From Bacteroidaceae bacterium (GTDB lineage Bacteria > Bacteroidota > Bacteroidia > Bacteroidales > Bacteroidaceae): a stretch of DNA of 45,312 bases. Location of the stretch: contig JAFOYZ010000104.1 of NCBI GenBank assembly GCA_017424485.1, positions 1 to 45,312 on the forward strand, in the 5' to 3' direction. Position numbers and translations under genes: made by a program. The stretch's first letter is position 1, and every line of letters starts with the position of its first letter. Positions 1 to 9,151 of the stretch are shown here, in pieces. A model generated the notes under the pieces. That model was not told where the DNA came from. It was given only the letters and a program-made list of their open reading frames with translations, and did not search any database.

Positions 1-91
1 CTGATTTACACCTATAGCACGGAGAACGCAAATCTACAAGACTTAAGACTTTTGACATCTATGGATGACAAAACACGCAAATAAGGCAACG

Positions 92-133
92 AAACAAAAA
101 AGATGGGAAAGAGGAAGAAGGGTCCGCTTTCCC
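92..133 (-). terminator. Weak candidate intrinsic terminator downstream of the sugar permease
   Basis: GGGAAAG (105-111) pairs with CTTTCCC (127-133). On the minus strand the hairpin is followed by ATCTTTTTTGTTT. The stem is short and the loop long. Confidence 0.3.
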
Positions 134-219
134 AGCATTATACTATACATCAATATATCCTTATTAATCTCTATTTTTTTTACCTTGTTATTATTATATA
201 ATTCAAAAGAACGAACACA

Positions 220-1224
220 CTAATTAGCCCCCGAAAGTATGATTGCCCCGAGACCAGCTATGAAGAAGACAAACATGAGAGCCAACAAGTAGTTGACAAC
301 ACGCGATGCACCCCTAAACTCCTTCCAAACAAAGATGCCCCACAATGCAGCAATCATAGGAGCCCCTTGACCTAGTGCATACGATATGGCTGCGCCCGCC
401 TTACCTGCTGCGATATAGCTGAGTGCCGTACCAATTCCCCAAATGATGCCACCAAGTACGCCAACCATATGAGTAGATGTCCGCCCATTAAAATAGTCCT
501 TATAGGTAACAGGAGCACCATTGAACGGCCGACGCATCACAAAGGTGTTGAATATCAGATTGCTTAGAAAGATTCCAACCGCAAATATAAAAAATGCGGA
601 ATAGGGAGTAGCCTTTCCTGGCGTTGGCGTTTCGAAATTGTTGAGATCCATAGCAACAGCTACAAAACGATAGAAAAAAGACATCAACACACCCGCCATA
701 GCAGCAATTACTATACCCTTCTTGTTCGAAGGAGAGCCACCTCCATGCATCTTCCCTGATGCTATGGCATTGAGCACAATAGCCACCACAACAAGAATCA
801 CCCCGAGAAATAATGTCGCAGGTTCACCTTTAGGAGCACCGATATAATTGATGATAACACCCAATACCAGCGCTATGCCCACACCTAAAGGAAACGCCAC
901 GGTCATTCCAGACATAGACACCGCCGCAGAGAGCAGGATGTTTCCTAGGTTAAACACTGCCCCACCAATGAGTGCACTCACATAATTGGCCACAGTAATC
1001 TGCTTTAGGTCAGCAACAAAGCTGCGACCCGCATCACCTACACTACCCAACGTAAATCCCAACATAATGGAAAATAGCAGGATACCGATGACGTAATCCC
1101 AATAAAACAATTCATAACGCCAGGTCTTCCCTGCAAGTTTCTGCGTATTAGCCCATGACCCCCAGCAAAGCATGGTAACAAAGCACAGCACTACTGCTAA
1201 CAGATAATTATTAACGATAAACAT
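220..1224 (-). CDS. GRP/EamA-like sugar uptake permease (RbsU/GlcU type), about 10 TM helices
   Basis: 334-aa ATG-initiated ORF that is almost entirely hydrophobic helices. It lies directly downstream of ribokinase in the same orientation. Confidence 0.7.
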   Translation of the reverse strand: MFIVNNYLLAVVLCFVTMLCWGSWANTQKLAGKTWRYELFYWDYVIGILLFSIMLGFTLGSVGDAGRSFVADLKQITVANYVSALIGGAVFNLGNILLSAAVSMSGMTVAFPLGVGIALVLGVIINYIGAPKGEPATLFLGVILVVVAIVLNAIASGKMHGGGSPSNKKGIVIAAMAGVLMSFFYRFVAVAMDLNNFETPTPGKATPYSAFFIFAVGIFLSNLIFNTFVMRRPFNGAPVTYKDYFNGRTSTHMVGVLGGIIWGIGTALSYIAAGKAGAAISYALGQGAPMIAALWGIFVWKEFRGASRVVNYLLALMFVFFIAGLGAIILSGAN

Positions 1225-1254
1225 ATCTTTTAGATTTGATATTAAACGTTATCT

Positions 1255-2157
1255 TCATTCCACCTCACTTCTATAAGGCAACGAAGTCTGAGCGCCACGA
1301 CGAGTAACTGTCACTGAAGCGCAATGATTGGCAAACTCCACAGCCTCAGCCAGTGGACGATTTTCAGCCAAAGCAACACACACAGCGCCACAAAAAGTAT
1401 CACCTGCCGCCGTAGCATCTACAGCCTTCACCTTATATCCCTGTATATGACGATAAATTCCCTTTTGTTTGATAAAAGCACCTTTCGAGCCTAATGTGAT
1501 CACCACATTTTCAACGCCCTTACTAGAGATAATATCCGCTGCACGAGCCACACTATCCATATCCGTGATTTGCGTACCAGATATAAACTCCGCCTCCGTT
1601 TCATTTGCAATGAGCACATAGAGACTACGCAATAGCGAATCAGACAAAACATGAGCCGGCGCCGGATTGAGAATTACACGTTTACCCATTCCATGCGCTC
1701 GTCGAGCAGCATGTTCCACAACTTCCATGGGTATCTCAAGTTGCATTAGTACAATATCAGCCTCAGCTATCACCTTCTTGGCACGATCCACATCGGTTAC
1801 ACACAATGCCATATTCGCACCCGAAGCAACAGAAATACTATTTTCACCATGTTCATCTACCATAATAAGTGCCACGCCGGAAGGATTATCATGGTCAATA
1901 CCAATATAATCGACATTTATGCCTTCGGCTCTGTATTGGTCCACTGACCGACTGCCAAGAGGGTCATTGCCCACCTTAGCAATTAAACAAACATCACCTC
2001 CCAGACGAGCAGCCGCCACAGCCTGATTAGCACCCTTACCCCCCGAATTCATAAAAAACTCGCCGCCTATCAGCGTCTCGCCAGGCAAAGGTAGACGTTT
2101 CGTACTGACTACCATATCTGTATTACAGCTTCCTATTACAACAATCTTTTTATTCAT
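1255..2157 (-). CDS. rbsK: Ribokinase (PfkB family)
   Basis: Contains GGKGANQAVAAARLG and the C-terminal DATAAGDTFCGA PfkB signature. The track ORF begins at a GTG (2184). I prefer the ATG at 2157 (MNKKIVVIGSCNTD), which matches the usual N-terminus. Confidence 0.9.
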   Translation of the reverse strand: MNKKIVVIGSCNTDMVVSTKRLPLPGETLIGGEFFMNSGGKGANQAVAAARLGGDVCLIAKVGNDPLGSRSVDQYRAEGINVDYIGIDHDNPSGVALIMVDEHGENSISVASGANMALCVTDVDRAKKVIAEADIVLMQLEIPMEVVEHAARRAHGMGKRVILNPAPAHVLSDSLLRSLYVLIANETEAEFISGTQITDMDSVARAADIISSKGVENVVITLGSKGAFIKQKGIYRHIQGYKVKAVDATAAGDTFCGAVCVALAENRPLAEAVEFANHCASVTVTRRGAQTSLPYRSEVE

Positions 2158-2488
2158 ACATCGAAATATTTTAAGGTAATACACACCTCATACATTATCA
2201 CGAGGTAACGAATGCAACAATAGAGAAAGAAAAAATGTTTTGAAACCAATCACTAATTTCACGCAAAAAGAAATAAAATCGTGCGAGTAGGAAAATAGTA
2301 TAAGACGCTCGCTCAAGTATTCACCACATACAATATTAGCAACAACAACGAACATCCTCTATTCAAGAGTCTCTTACGTCTGCTGTAAATCAAATAAGAA
2401 CTTTAATTTAAAATTTTAGTTTAAGTACCGGACAGGGGTAAACAACAGATTAAGCCGAAGCTCAAAACCAGGCATTTCACAAACACCT

Positions 2489-2534
2489 ACAAAAAGAAAG
2501 AAGCATCGACAATCATCAGATTATCAATGCTTCT
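2489..2534 (-). terminator. Intrinsic terminator after tRNA-Pro
   Basis: On the minus strand, AGAAGCATTGATAATC-TGAT-GATTGTCGATGCTTCT forms a 16-bp stem with two G-U pairs, followed by TTCTTTTTG. Confidence 0.6.
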
Positions 2535-2540
2535 TCTCAG

Positions 2541-2615
2541 TCGGGGTGACTGGATTCGAACCAGCGACCACACGCCCCCCAGACGCGTACTCTAACCGGG
2601 CTGAGCTACACCCCG
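2541..2615 (-). tRNA. tRNA-Pro, anticodon GGG
   Basis: The minus strand reads CGGGGTG-TA-GCTC..GAGT-A-CGCGT-CTGGGGG-GCGTG-TGGTC-GCTGG-TTCGAAT-CCAGT-CACCCCG-A. This is a full cloverleaf with a T-loop TTCGAAT. The anticodon loop is C-T-GGG-G-G and no CCA is encoded. Confidence 0.85.
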
Positions 2616-2631
2616 CTGCTCAATTGCGGTG

Positions 2632-2639
2632 CAAAAGTA
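2632..2639 (-). promoter_or_regulatory. -7 box TACTTTTG for tRNA-Pro
   Basis: Matches the Bacteroidota TAnnTTTG motif, 17 nt upstream of the mature tRNA 5' end. Confidence 0.45.
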
Positions 2640-2702
2640 GGACATTTTATTTACGTATGCAACTTTTTTTCGTTTTTTTTCGCATTTTGATAATAAAATT
2701 GC

Positions 2703-2710
2703 TAATTTTG
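2703..2710 (+). promoter_or_regulatory. -7 box TAATTTTG for aroA
   Basis: TAnnTTTG motif 24 nt upstream of the ATG at 2734. Confidence 0.5.
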
Positions 2711-2733
2711 TCGAAAATAGAAGAATAATTCCA

Positions 2734-3972
2734 ATGCAAACGGCCTTGAATTTTCCTCACAAGCTAACAGCTAACATCACCTTGCCTACATCGAAAAGCA
2801 TCAGCAATCGTGCTTTGATGATACAAGCATTATGCCCAGAACGTCTCCACACCATAAAGCATCTTGCAGTGTGTGACGACACTGAGCACATGCAACAGGG
2901 CATTGCAGCCAAACGAGCTGGAGCTACGCTCATCAACATCGGGGCTACAGGCACCGCCATGCGATTTCTCACAGCCTACCTAGCTATCAATCCTGGCGAA
3001 ACGATACTGACTGGAAGCGAACGAATGCAACAAAGGCCCATATCTGTATTAGTAGAGGCTTTGCGCGATTTGGGAGCAGATATCAGCTACATACACAACG
3101 AGGGCTTTCCTCCCCTACGCATTAGGGGCAATAGCCTCCGTGGCGGCGCCATAGAGATAGAAGCAAGCATAAGTTCTCAATATATATCAGCCCTCCTGAT
3201 GATAGGGCCGTGCCTAGTCGACGGACTAACCCTACACTTAAAGGGAACAATAACTTCGCGCACCTATATAGATCTCACACTAGATCTGATGCGGCATTAT
3301 GGTGCAAAAGCTGAGTGGTCTGATGAACAAACAATACACGTTGCACACGGAGCTTACGAAGACCATCCCCTCACTATTGAGGGCGACTGGAGCGGTGCAT
3401 CATATTGGTACGAACTAGCAGCTATTGCAGCACACTGCGGGCACGAAGTGGAAATAATGCTCTATGGACTCACCGCTGACAGCCGTCAGGGAGACCATGT
3501 GGTTGCAAACCTGTTCGAGCCACTAGGAATAGCGACAGAATATACCGCAGAGGGGGCGAGGCTCAGAAATTGCCAACCATCAAATATCAATTGCCAAATA
3601 GACTTCACTCACTGCCCCGATATAGCGCAAACTTTAGCCGTAACCTACTGTATACTAGGCATACCCTTTACATTTGAGGGCATACATAGTCTTCGCATCA
3701 AAGAGACCGACCGCGTAGCTGCACTCATAGCCGAGCTGCGCAAACTGGGTTACGTGCTCCATGCCGAAGGCAGTACTCGCCTTACATGGGATGGCAAGCG
3801 CACAAACCCTATACCATCCCCTACAATATCAACTTACGAGGATCACCGCATGGCTATGGCTTTTGCTCCTGCAGCAATATATCACAAAGAACTATCGATA
3901 GAGCATCCCGAAGTGGTAAAGAAATCATATCCCAATTTTTGGGTAGATTTTAACCGTTTTGCAGAATTATAA
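2734..3972 (+). CDS. aroA: 3-phosphoshikimate 1-carboxyvinyltransferase (EPSP synthase)
   Basis: 412 aa with LPTSKSISNRALM, GTAMRFLTAY, IKETDR and YEDHRMAMAF motifs. Confidence 0.9.
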   Translation: MQTALNFPHKLTANITLPTSKSISNRALMIQALCPERLHTIKHLAVCDDTEHMQQGIAAKRAGATLINIGATGTAMRFLTAYLAINPGETILTGSERMQQRPISVLVEALRDLGADISYIHNEGFPPLRIRGNSLRGGAIEIEASISSQYISALLMIGPCLVDGLTLHLKGTITSRTYIDLTLDLMRHYGAKAEWSDEQTIHVAHGAYEDHPLTIEGDWSGASYWYELAAIAAHCGHEVEIMLYGLTADSRQGDHVVANLFEPLGIATEYTAEGARLRNCQPSNINCQIDFTHCPDIAQTLAVTYCILGIPFTFEGIHSLRIKETDRVAALIAELRKLGYVLHAEGSTRLTWDGKRTNPIPSPTISTYEDHRMAMAFAPAAIYHKELSIEHPEVVKKSYPNFWVDFNRFAEL

Positions 3973-3997
3973 ATTATAAACACTTTTAACAATAAAC

Positions 3998-4438
3998 ATG
4001 AACATAGCAATATATAGCACAATATTCCTGATAGCACTTGTGAGTCTCTCACTTATAGGAAGAATCATCAGAAAGAAAAGTGGAGACGACACACTTCCCT
4101 CAAGCGTAGAGGTTGTAACGCCCGAACCCGAGCACAACGCAGATGAGAACGATGATGAAGAGTGCTGTGGCGAACATGAGGTATGTGAAAAAGGCAAGAT
4201 AAAGCGCGCCTTGCGTACCGATATCGAATATTTTGACGATGAAGAGCTAGACACATATCGCGGCACCGCGTCGGACGAGTATGAAGATAATGCCGTAGAA
4301 GAATTCCGCGAAGTGCTCTACACTATGGACCCGAAAGAAATTGACGATTGGCTCAAGAGCCTTGAGTTACGAGAAGTAGCCCTACCCGATGCCTTGAAAG
4401 ACGAGGTATTCATGCTGTTAGAAACGAATCGAAACTAG
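3998..4438 (+). CDS. Hypothetical membrane-anchored, highly acidic protein
   Basis: 146 aa with one N-terminal TM helix, then a D/E-rich tail containing CCGEHEVCEKG. I recognise no family. Codon usage looks native. Confidence 0.5.
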   Translation: MNIAIYSTIFLIALVSLSLIGRIIRKKSGDDTLPSSVEVVTPEPEHNADENDDEECCGEHEVCEKGKIKRALRTDIEYFDDEELDTYRGTASDEYEDNAVEEFREVLYTMDPKEIDDWLKSLELREVALPDALKDEVFMLLETNRN

Positions 4439-4526
4439 CCCGAGCAACCTCCCGCACAACCAGGCACAACAGCCTCGAAACGATGGTCTAGGCATGCTCT
4501 TAAAAGCCTCCTACGCCCATAAATAC

Positions 4527-4564
4527 AGATTAACGACTATAGCTCGAGCTATAGTCGTTAATCT
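4527..4564. terminator. Bidirectional terminator between convergent genes
   Basis: Perfect 38-bp palindrome AGATTAACGACTATAGCTC|GAGCTATAGTCGTTAATCT lying between the stops at 4438 (+) and 4583 (-). Confidence 0.7.
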
Positions 4565-4582
4565 ATATTGTTACGAACGAAC

Positions 4583-7150
4583 CTATTTCTTCTTGTTTTG
4601 CTGCTCCTTAGCTATGCGTATGGTAGTAAAGGAGTAGGGAGGCATCTCATAGTTAAATTCTGATGCAACCTTGATAATGCTCTCTGTGGGTATAGCCTCG
4701 CGATCGGTTGGTTTGCCAGTGAGCACTGTGCAAGTGGCTGTGGTGGAGAGTGCCTCGCAATCGTTCACCTCTACGGCGGTAGTTACCGCTACGGGCAGTA
4801 GATTGACAAGCTTAATGATGAGGTCACCAGTGGCCGAGTCGTAGACGGTAGAGGTAGAGATACGCTTGCGCACATCGTCACGACGGCTCTCCACACTGAG
4901 TTTGCCAGTGAGGTACTGATCACCGCTGTTGTTGCCAAATATCTTCTGAGTGTAGTATCCAGGGGTAAGATCGATACGCGATGAGTTGAAGTAGATCATG
5001 TCGGGATTCCAGTTAGTGTGGCCATGGCGTGCCAACAGCGGAGCATACGAGGTCATGCGCACAATATCAGCATTGCGCTCTACATTGGTTAGGTGCAGGG
5101 CCTCGCAGAGGGCAGTCTCGATATTGTTGTGACGGCTGGCCACATGGCATGCATATTCGCCAAGGTATACCTCACTGGCATTGCGATCGTAGTGGTCATA
5201 GTAGTCTTGGTTATGGATATACCATCCGGGGCTTACGTAGTAGTGTTCATCTACCATGGGAATTTCTTTCTCCTTAGCCAACTTCCATCCCCACTCGTAG
5301 TCGGAACCCTCGAAGAAGGGGCCTACGGTACCACAGATAATGATTTCGGGATGCTTAGCGCGGATTGCATCGTAAATCATATTGAAGCGCTCGGTGAAAG
5401 TGTTTGATATAAGGTCTTCGTTGCCAATACCGATATACTTGAGGTTGAAGGGCTTGGGGTGTCCAGCTTCAGCACGCACACGGCCCCACTTAGTGGTTTT
5501 GGCATCGCCATTGGCCCACTCGATGAGGTCAAAGATATCCTGGATGAATGCATCCATCTCCTCCATCGGCACACCGCCCTGCTGACCATGGCCACCATGT
5601 GAAGAGTTTTGACAAGGTACGGCGGCGGGGATTACGGGCAGAGGTTCGGCGCCTATATCCTCGCAAAAGATGAAGTATTCGTAGTAACCGAGACCGAGGG
5701 TCTGATGATAATTCCAGATATTGGGCATATGCTGGCGCTCCTCAAGCTTACCAATGGAACGTTTCCAAAGATACATATTATCGAGGCCATTGCCGTGGGC
5801 CGCACAGCCGCCGGGGAAGCGCACAAACTTAGGTTTCATGTCGGCAATAACCTGAGCAAGGTCGGCACGGAGACCATTCTTGCGGTTCTTGAAGGTGTTG
5901 CGCGGGAAGAGCGATACCATGTCAATATCTATTGCGCCTGACGTCTGCGGAGCGATGACAAGGCGCGCTTTAGACGCATCCTTGGAAGCCTTGAGGGTGG
6001 TCTTAAGGGTTTTCCACTCGGCATCACCTAAGGTTATACTCTTCTCTGCAAGGACTTCATTTTCTTCGTTTACAAGACTGATGAGAAATTTGCAACTCTT
6101 GCCCGATGCCACTCGAGCCATGAGGCTGAAGTCATAGAGGCCGCCTGCCTTGAGGGCAATGCCATCGTATCCGCCATTCTCCAACGTTGCACCTATAGCG
6201 GTTGTTGAGAGCGATGCATAGTGGCAGTTATTAACATGGATGGGACGCTCTGTACTGACGCTGATAGTACTGCCCTCGCCTTTGAGTTCCCAAGCGGTAA
6301 GGCTATGCCATCCTCCACGGTCGGCAGCAGAGTACTCGAAGTCGCGATTCTGAATAAGTTCGCCATAGAGTCCGCCATCGGCACCATAGCTGATATCCTC
6401 GAAAAAGATACCGATGAGTTCATTGCTGATAGCCTTACGTTCCTTTCCATAGATAGTGAGGCGAGCGTTTACGGGTCTGAGGTCTGCAAAACGCACGGGA
6501 TCTTGTCCCATATGCTCATCGAATTTCACTTGACGGTTTCTCAGGTAGTCGTCGCGTTTGATGAGTTTGTCTATCTGCTCCCACTCTACACGATGTACCT
6601 GCCCAACCGCAGGACGACCATGAAGAGAAATCTCAGTCATCACAGTGGAAATATCTACCACCGCTCCGTGGGTAGGAGTGGCCTTGCTCCATGTGCGACA
6701 ATCTGGCGAAGTGAGGCTATACACCTTGTTATCCAGAGTAGTGTAGGTCACCACCCATGCGGTGCCATTATGTGCTATCATCGGAGCTACGCAGCTGCTT
6801 CCCTCCACGTAGGGATAGTCCTGCGGTTTCCAATTGATGAGGTCGGGACTTTCGCAATAGGCAAACTGAGGATTGCTGGCCATAGGAGACCACACACAGC
6901 GCCACATGCCCTGATTATCACGCATGAGGTGCGGAGTGTACATTTTCTTCTGTGCACCCCAAGTGCCAAAATCGCTATCCACGAAGGTACGTCCATTGCC
7001 GATAGAGGTCCAGTGGAGACTGTCGGAACTGTAAGCAAAGGCAATACCTCGGCCGTTGACATAAGAGAACAGGTAGCCGTAGTCGGGCTTATTGGCCTGT
7101 ACACAAAGGGCGCATAGCAGCGCAGTGATAATAAGAATGTGTTTCTTCAT
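4583..7150 (-). CDS. Secreted alpha-L-arabinofuranosidase, GH51-like, with an extra N-terminal domain and a CBM4_9-like module
   Basis: 855 aa with a signal peptide. Contains GGLYGELIQNRDFEY (the GH51/CBM-type opening motif), GIGNEDL (acid/base region) and a C-terminal AF_C-like part. The N-terminal ~170 aa look like a beta-propeller/GH43-like fragment. Confidence 0.7.
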   Translation of the reverse strand: MKKHILIITALLCALCVQANKPDYGYLFSYVNGRGIAFAYSSDSLHWTSIGNGRTFVDSDFGTWGAQKKMYTPHLMRDNQGMWRCVWSPMASNPQFAYCESPDLINWKPQDYPYVEGSSCVAPMIAHNGTAWVVTYTTLDNKVYSLTSPDCRTWSKATPTHGAVVDISTVMTEISLHGRPAVGQVHRVEWEQIDKLIKRDDYLRNRQVKFDEHMGQDPVRFADLRPVNARLTIYGKERKAISNELIGIFFEDISYGADGGLYGELIQNRDFEYSAADRGGWHSLTAWELKGEGSTISVSTERPIHVNNCHYASLSTTAIGATLENGGYDGIALKAGGLYDFSLMARVASGKSCKFLISLVNEENEVLAEKSITLGDAEWKTLKTTLKASKDASKARLVIAPQTSGAIDIDMVSLFPRNTFKNRKNGLRADLAQVIADMKPKFVRFPGGCAAHGNGLDNMYLWKRSIGKLEERQHMPNIWNYHQTLGLGYYEYFIFCEDIGAEPLPVIPAAVPCQNSSHGGHGQQGGVPMEEMDAFIQDIFDLIEWANGDAKTTKWGRVRAEAGHPKPFNLKYIGIGNEDLISNTFTERFNMIYDAIRAKHPEIIICGTVGPFFEGSDYEWGWKLAKEKEIPMVDEHYYVSPGWYIHNQDYYDHYDRNASEVYLGEYACHVASRHNNIETALCEALHLTNVERNADIVRMTSYAPLLARHGHTNWNPDMIYFNSSRIDLTPGYYTQKIFGNNSGDQYLTGKLSVESRRDDVRKRISTSTVYDSATGDLIIKLVNLLPVAVTTAVEVNDCEALSTTATCTVLTGKPTDREAIPTESIIKVASEFNYEMPPYSFTTIRIAKEQQNKKK

Positions 7151-7175
7151 TGTTGCAAGTTTTTTGTTTCTGCCA

Positions 7176-7183
7176 CGAAGATA
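7176..7183 (-). promoter_or_regulatory. -7 box TATCTTCG for the arabinofuranosidase
   Basis: Minus strand reads TATCTTCGTGGCAG, 25 nt upstream of the ATG at 7150. Confidence 0.4.
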
Positions 7184-7229
7184 GTACTTTTTTATGTATT
7201 AACGACCAGTCGCGATGATTATCTTTGTA

Positions 7230-7268
7230 GAAAAACGAAAAAGCAGGAATCCCAACGGGAGTCCTGCT
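7230..7268 (-). terminator. Intrinsic terminator after ilvC
   Basis: Minus strand AGCAGGACTCCC-GTT-GGGATTCCTGCT followed by TTTTCGTTTTT. Confidence 0.7.
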
Positions 7269-7291
7269 TCTGAATGATACGATCGGCCAGA

Positions 7292-8335
7292 TTAATTATT
7301 CTCGGGACGGAGTTTGCGCACTACGGCACCTGTCTGCCACATCTCGCTCTCACGGAGGGAACGGAGTTCCTCTTCGAGTTTCTCGCGATAGTCGGGTTTA
7401 GAGTTGCTGTCTATAGAAATCTGGGCCTCATTACCAGTCTTCACACTCTCATAAAGCTGTTCCATGACAGGCTTGATAGCATCATGGAACGGGCCCATCC
7501 AATCGAGGGCACCACGCTGAGCGGTAGTAGAGCAGTTGGCATACATCCAATCCATACCGTTTTTAGCAAAGAGAGGCATGAGCGACTGTGTGAGTTCCTC
7601 AACAGTCTCGTTGAAAGCCTCAGAGGGAGTGTGTCCATTCTCGCGAAGCACCTCGTACTGAGCAAGGAGCAAGCCCTGGATAGCACCCATGAGCGAACCG
7701 CGCTCACCGGTAAGGTCAGAGTATACCTCGCGCTTGAAGGTTGTCTCAAACAAGTAGCCTGAACCGACACCGATACCCAGTGCAATGCAACGCTCAAAAG
7801 CACGGCCGGTAGCGTCCTGGAAGATCGCGTATGATGAGTTCAAGCCACGTCCCTCAAGGAACATGGTGCGGAGTGATGTACCAGAGCCCTTGGGAGCGAT
7901 AAGAATAACATCCACATCGGCGGGAGGTACAATACCTGTGCGTTCCTTGTATGTAATAGCGAAGCCATGTGAGAAATAGAGGGCCTTACCAGGCGTAAGA
8001 TACTTCTGGATAGTAGGCCAACAAGCAATCTGTGCAGCATCAGAAAGCAATACCTGAATGATGGTAGCACGTTCGCAAGCCTCCTCGATGCTGAAAAGCG
8101 TCTCGCCAGGTACCCAGCCATCAGCTACAGCCTTATCATATGTCTTACCAGCACGCTGGCCTACGATTACGTTAAATCCATTATCGCGAAGGTTAAGTGA
8201 CTGGCCGGGGCCCTGTACTCCATAACCGATAACGGCGATAGTCTCGTTCTTCAATACCTCACGGGCTTTCTCCAAAGGAAATTCTTCACGTGTTACGACG
8301 GTTTCTTCTACACCGCCAAAAATCATTTTTGCCAT
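7292..8335 (-). CDS. ilvC: Ketol-acid reductoisomerase (class I)
   Basis: 347 aa with a GYGVQGPGQSLNLRDNG Rossmann motif and the KARI C-terminal knotted domain. Confidence 0.92.
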   Translation of the reverse strand: MAKMIFGGVEETVVTREEFPLEKAREVLKNETIAVIGYGVQGPGQSLNLRDNGFNVIVGQRAGKTYDKAVADGWVPGETLFSIEEACERATIIQVLLSDAAQIACWPTIQKYLTPGKALYFSHGFAITYKERTGIVPPADVDVILIAPKGSGTSLRTMFLEGRGLNSSYAIFQDATGRAFERCIALGIGVGSGYLFETTFKREVYSDLTGERGSLMGAIQGLLLAQYEVLRENGHTPSEAFNETVEELTQSLMPLFAKNGMDWMYANCSTTAQRGALDWMGPFHDAIKPVMEQLYESVKTGNEAQISIDSNSKPDYREKLEEELRSLRESEMWQTGAVVRKLRPENN

Positions 8336-8391
8336 AACTTTTTGTTTTTAAGTTTATGAGTTATTTTGTTCTTGTTTAGTGTTTAGGTAAT

Positions 8392-8426
8392 TGTCAACTG
8401 ACAACGATCAACAGACAACAATCATT
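8392..8426. repeat. Degenerate heptanucleotide array (NNNCAAC x5) in the ilvN-ilvC spacer
   Basis: Reads tgtcaac|tgacaac|gatcaac|agacaac|aatcatt. Confidence 0.7.
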
Positions 8427-8477
8427 GCTGCTTCGTCGCGGTCAACCTTTACTTTTATTTTAAATTCAGCAAAGCTC

Positions 8478-9011
8478 CTATCCCTTATTGATCTTCTCCA
8501 AATATTCGTTCACGTGCTCTGCGGTGTCGCGTGTCACGGCGATACGACCTGAGCTTACGTATTGCAACACACAGTCGAAGGCGTCGAGTTCGGTACGCAA
8601 GGCGATGATTTCGTCGGTCACACCCGATTTTTCCACCACGGCATATACGGCGTTGGCCTCCATGATGCGGGCGCCGTAGCGGCGGATGGTCTTCGAGATG
8701 AGCGGATTCTCAAGCAACTTTGGGGTCGATATCTTGAACAGTGCCACCTCCTGCATAAAAATCTCGTCGTCGAGGAAGTAGTGGGCCTGCACCACATCAA
8801 TCTTCTTCTCTATCTGTTTGGTCACCTTGATGATGGTGTCCTCATCGCTCCATGTGGTGATGGTGTATCGGTGTATGCCCTTGATGGACGAGGCCGATGC
8901 GTTGAGGCTCTCAATGTTGAGCTGGCGACGGGTAAACACGGCAGTGATCTGATTGAGCAGACCAGCAATGTTCTCCGAGTGAACGATCAGTGTATATAGT
9001 TTCTTCTCCAT
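8478..9011 (-). CDS. ilvN: Acetolactate synthase small (regulatory) subunit
   Basis: 177 aa with an N-terminal ACT domain (LIVHSENIAGLLNQITAVFTRRQLNIESL). It lies between ilvB and ilvC. Confidence 0.85.
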   Translation of the reverse strand: MEKKLYTLIVHSENIAGLLNQITAVFTRRQLNIESLNASASSIKGIHRYTITTWSDEDTIIKVTKQIEKKIDVVQAHYFLDDEIFMQEVALFKISTPKLLENPLISKTIRRYGARIMEANAVYAVVEKSGVTDEIIALRTELDAFDCVLQYVSSGRIAVTRDTAEHVNEYLEKINKG

Positions 9012-9022
9012 ATTATTATTTT

Positions 9023-9143
9023 CAGGAGTTCAGTAGTCGGGAGTTCAGTAGTTCAGCCAAATGTTCGTACATTGTTATACCAAGAGGCACATTCATAGTC
9101 GAAGCTATCGTCTGCACTCCTGTACTCCTGACTCCTTCACTCC
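9023..9143. repeat. GGAGT/ACTCC-word palindromic element, copy A (ilvB-ilvN spacer)
   Basis: About 121 bp. On the minus strand it begins GGAGTGAAGGAGTCAGGAGTACAGGAGTGCAGACGATAGC and ends ..CTGAACTACTGAACTCCCGACTACTGAACTCCTG. It shares the GGAGTCAGGAGT and AGGAGTGCAGAC(A/G)ATAGC blocks with 36606-36721. Confidence 0.75.
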
Positions 9144-9151
9144 TTATATAT

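Noticed and set aside
1-84. Frame open from the window edge to a TAA at 82-84 (..LIYTYSTENANLQDLRLLTSMDDKTRK), possibly the 3' end of a plus-strand gene.
   Set aside because: Only 27 codons are visible and there is no recognisable motif, so it cannot be supported as a feature.
2546-2728. 60-aa ORF on the plus strand.
   Set aside because: It is the antisense of tRNA-Pro plus the AT-rich aroA promoter region, so it is not coding.
6221-7117. Long plus-strand ORFs antisense to real genes: 298 aa here, and also 30446-31600 (384 aa), 16709-17626 (305 aa), 11992-12600, 7274-7762, 37242-37790 and many shorter ones.
   Set aside because: Each lies entirely inside a well-supported minus-strand gene with strong family motifs. 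Their products are low-complexity or His/Arg/Leu-rich with no recognisable motifs. These are typical shadow ORFs of moderately GC-rich coding DNA.
7220-7227. TATCTTTG on the plus strand in the arabinofuranosidase-ilvC spacer.
   Set aside because: It matches the -7 consensus but points into the 3' end of the convergently oriented ilvC terminator with no downstream plus-strand gene. It is probably fortuitous or a weak antisense promoter.
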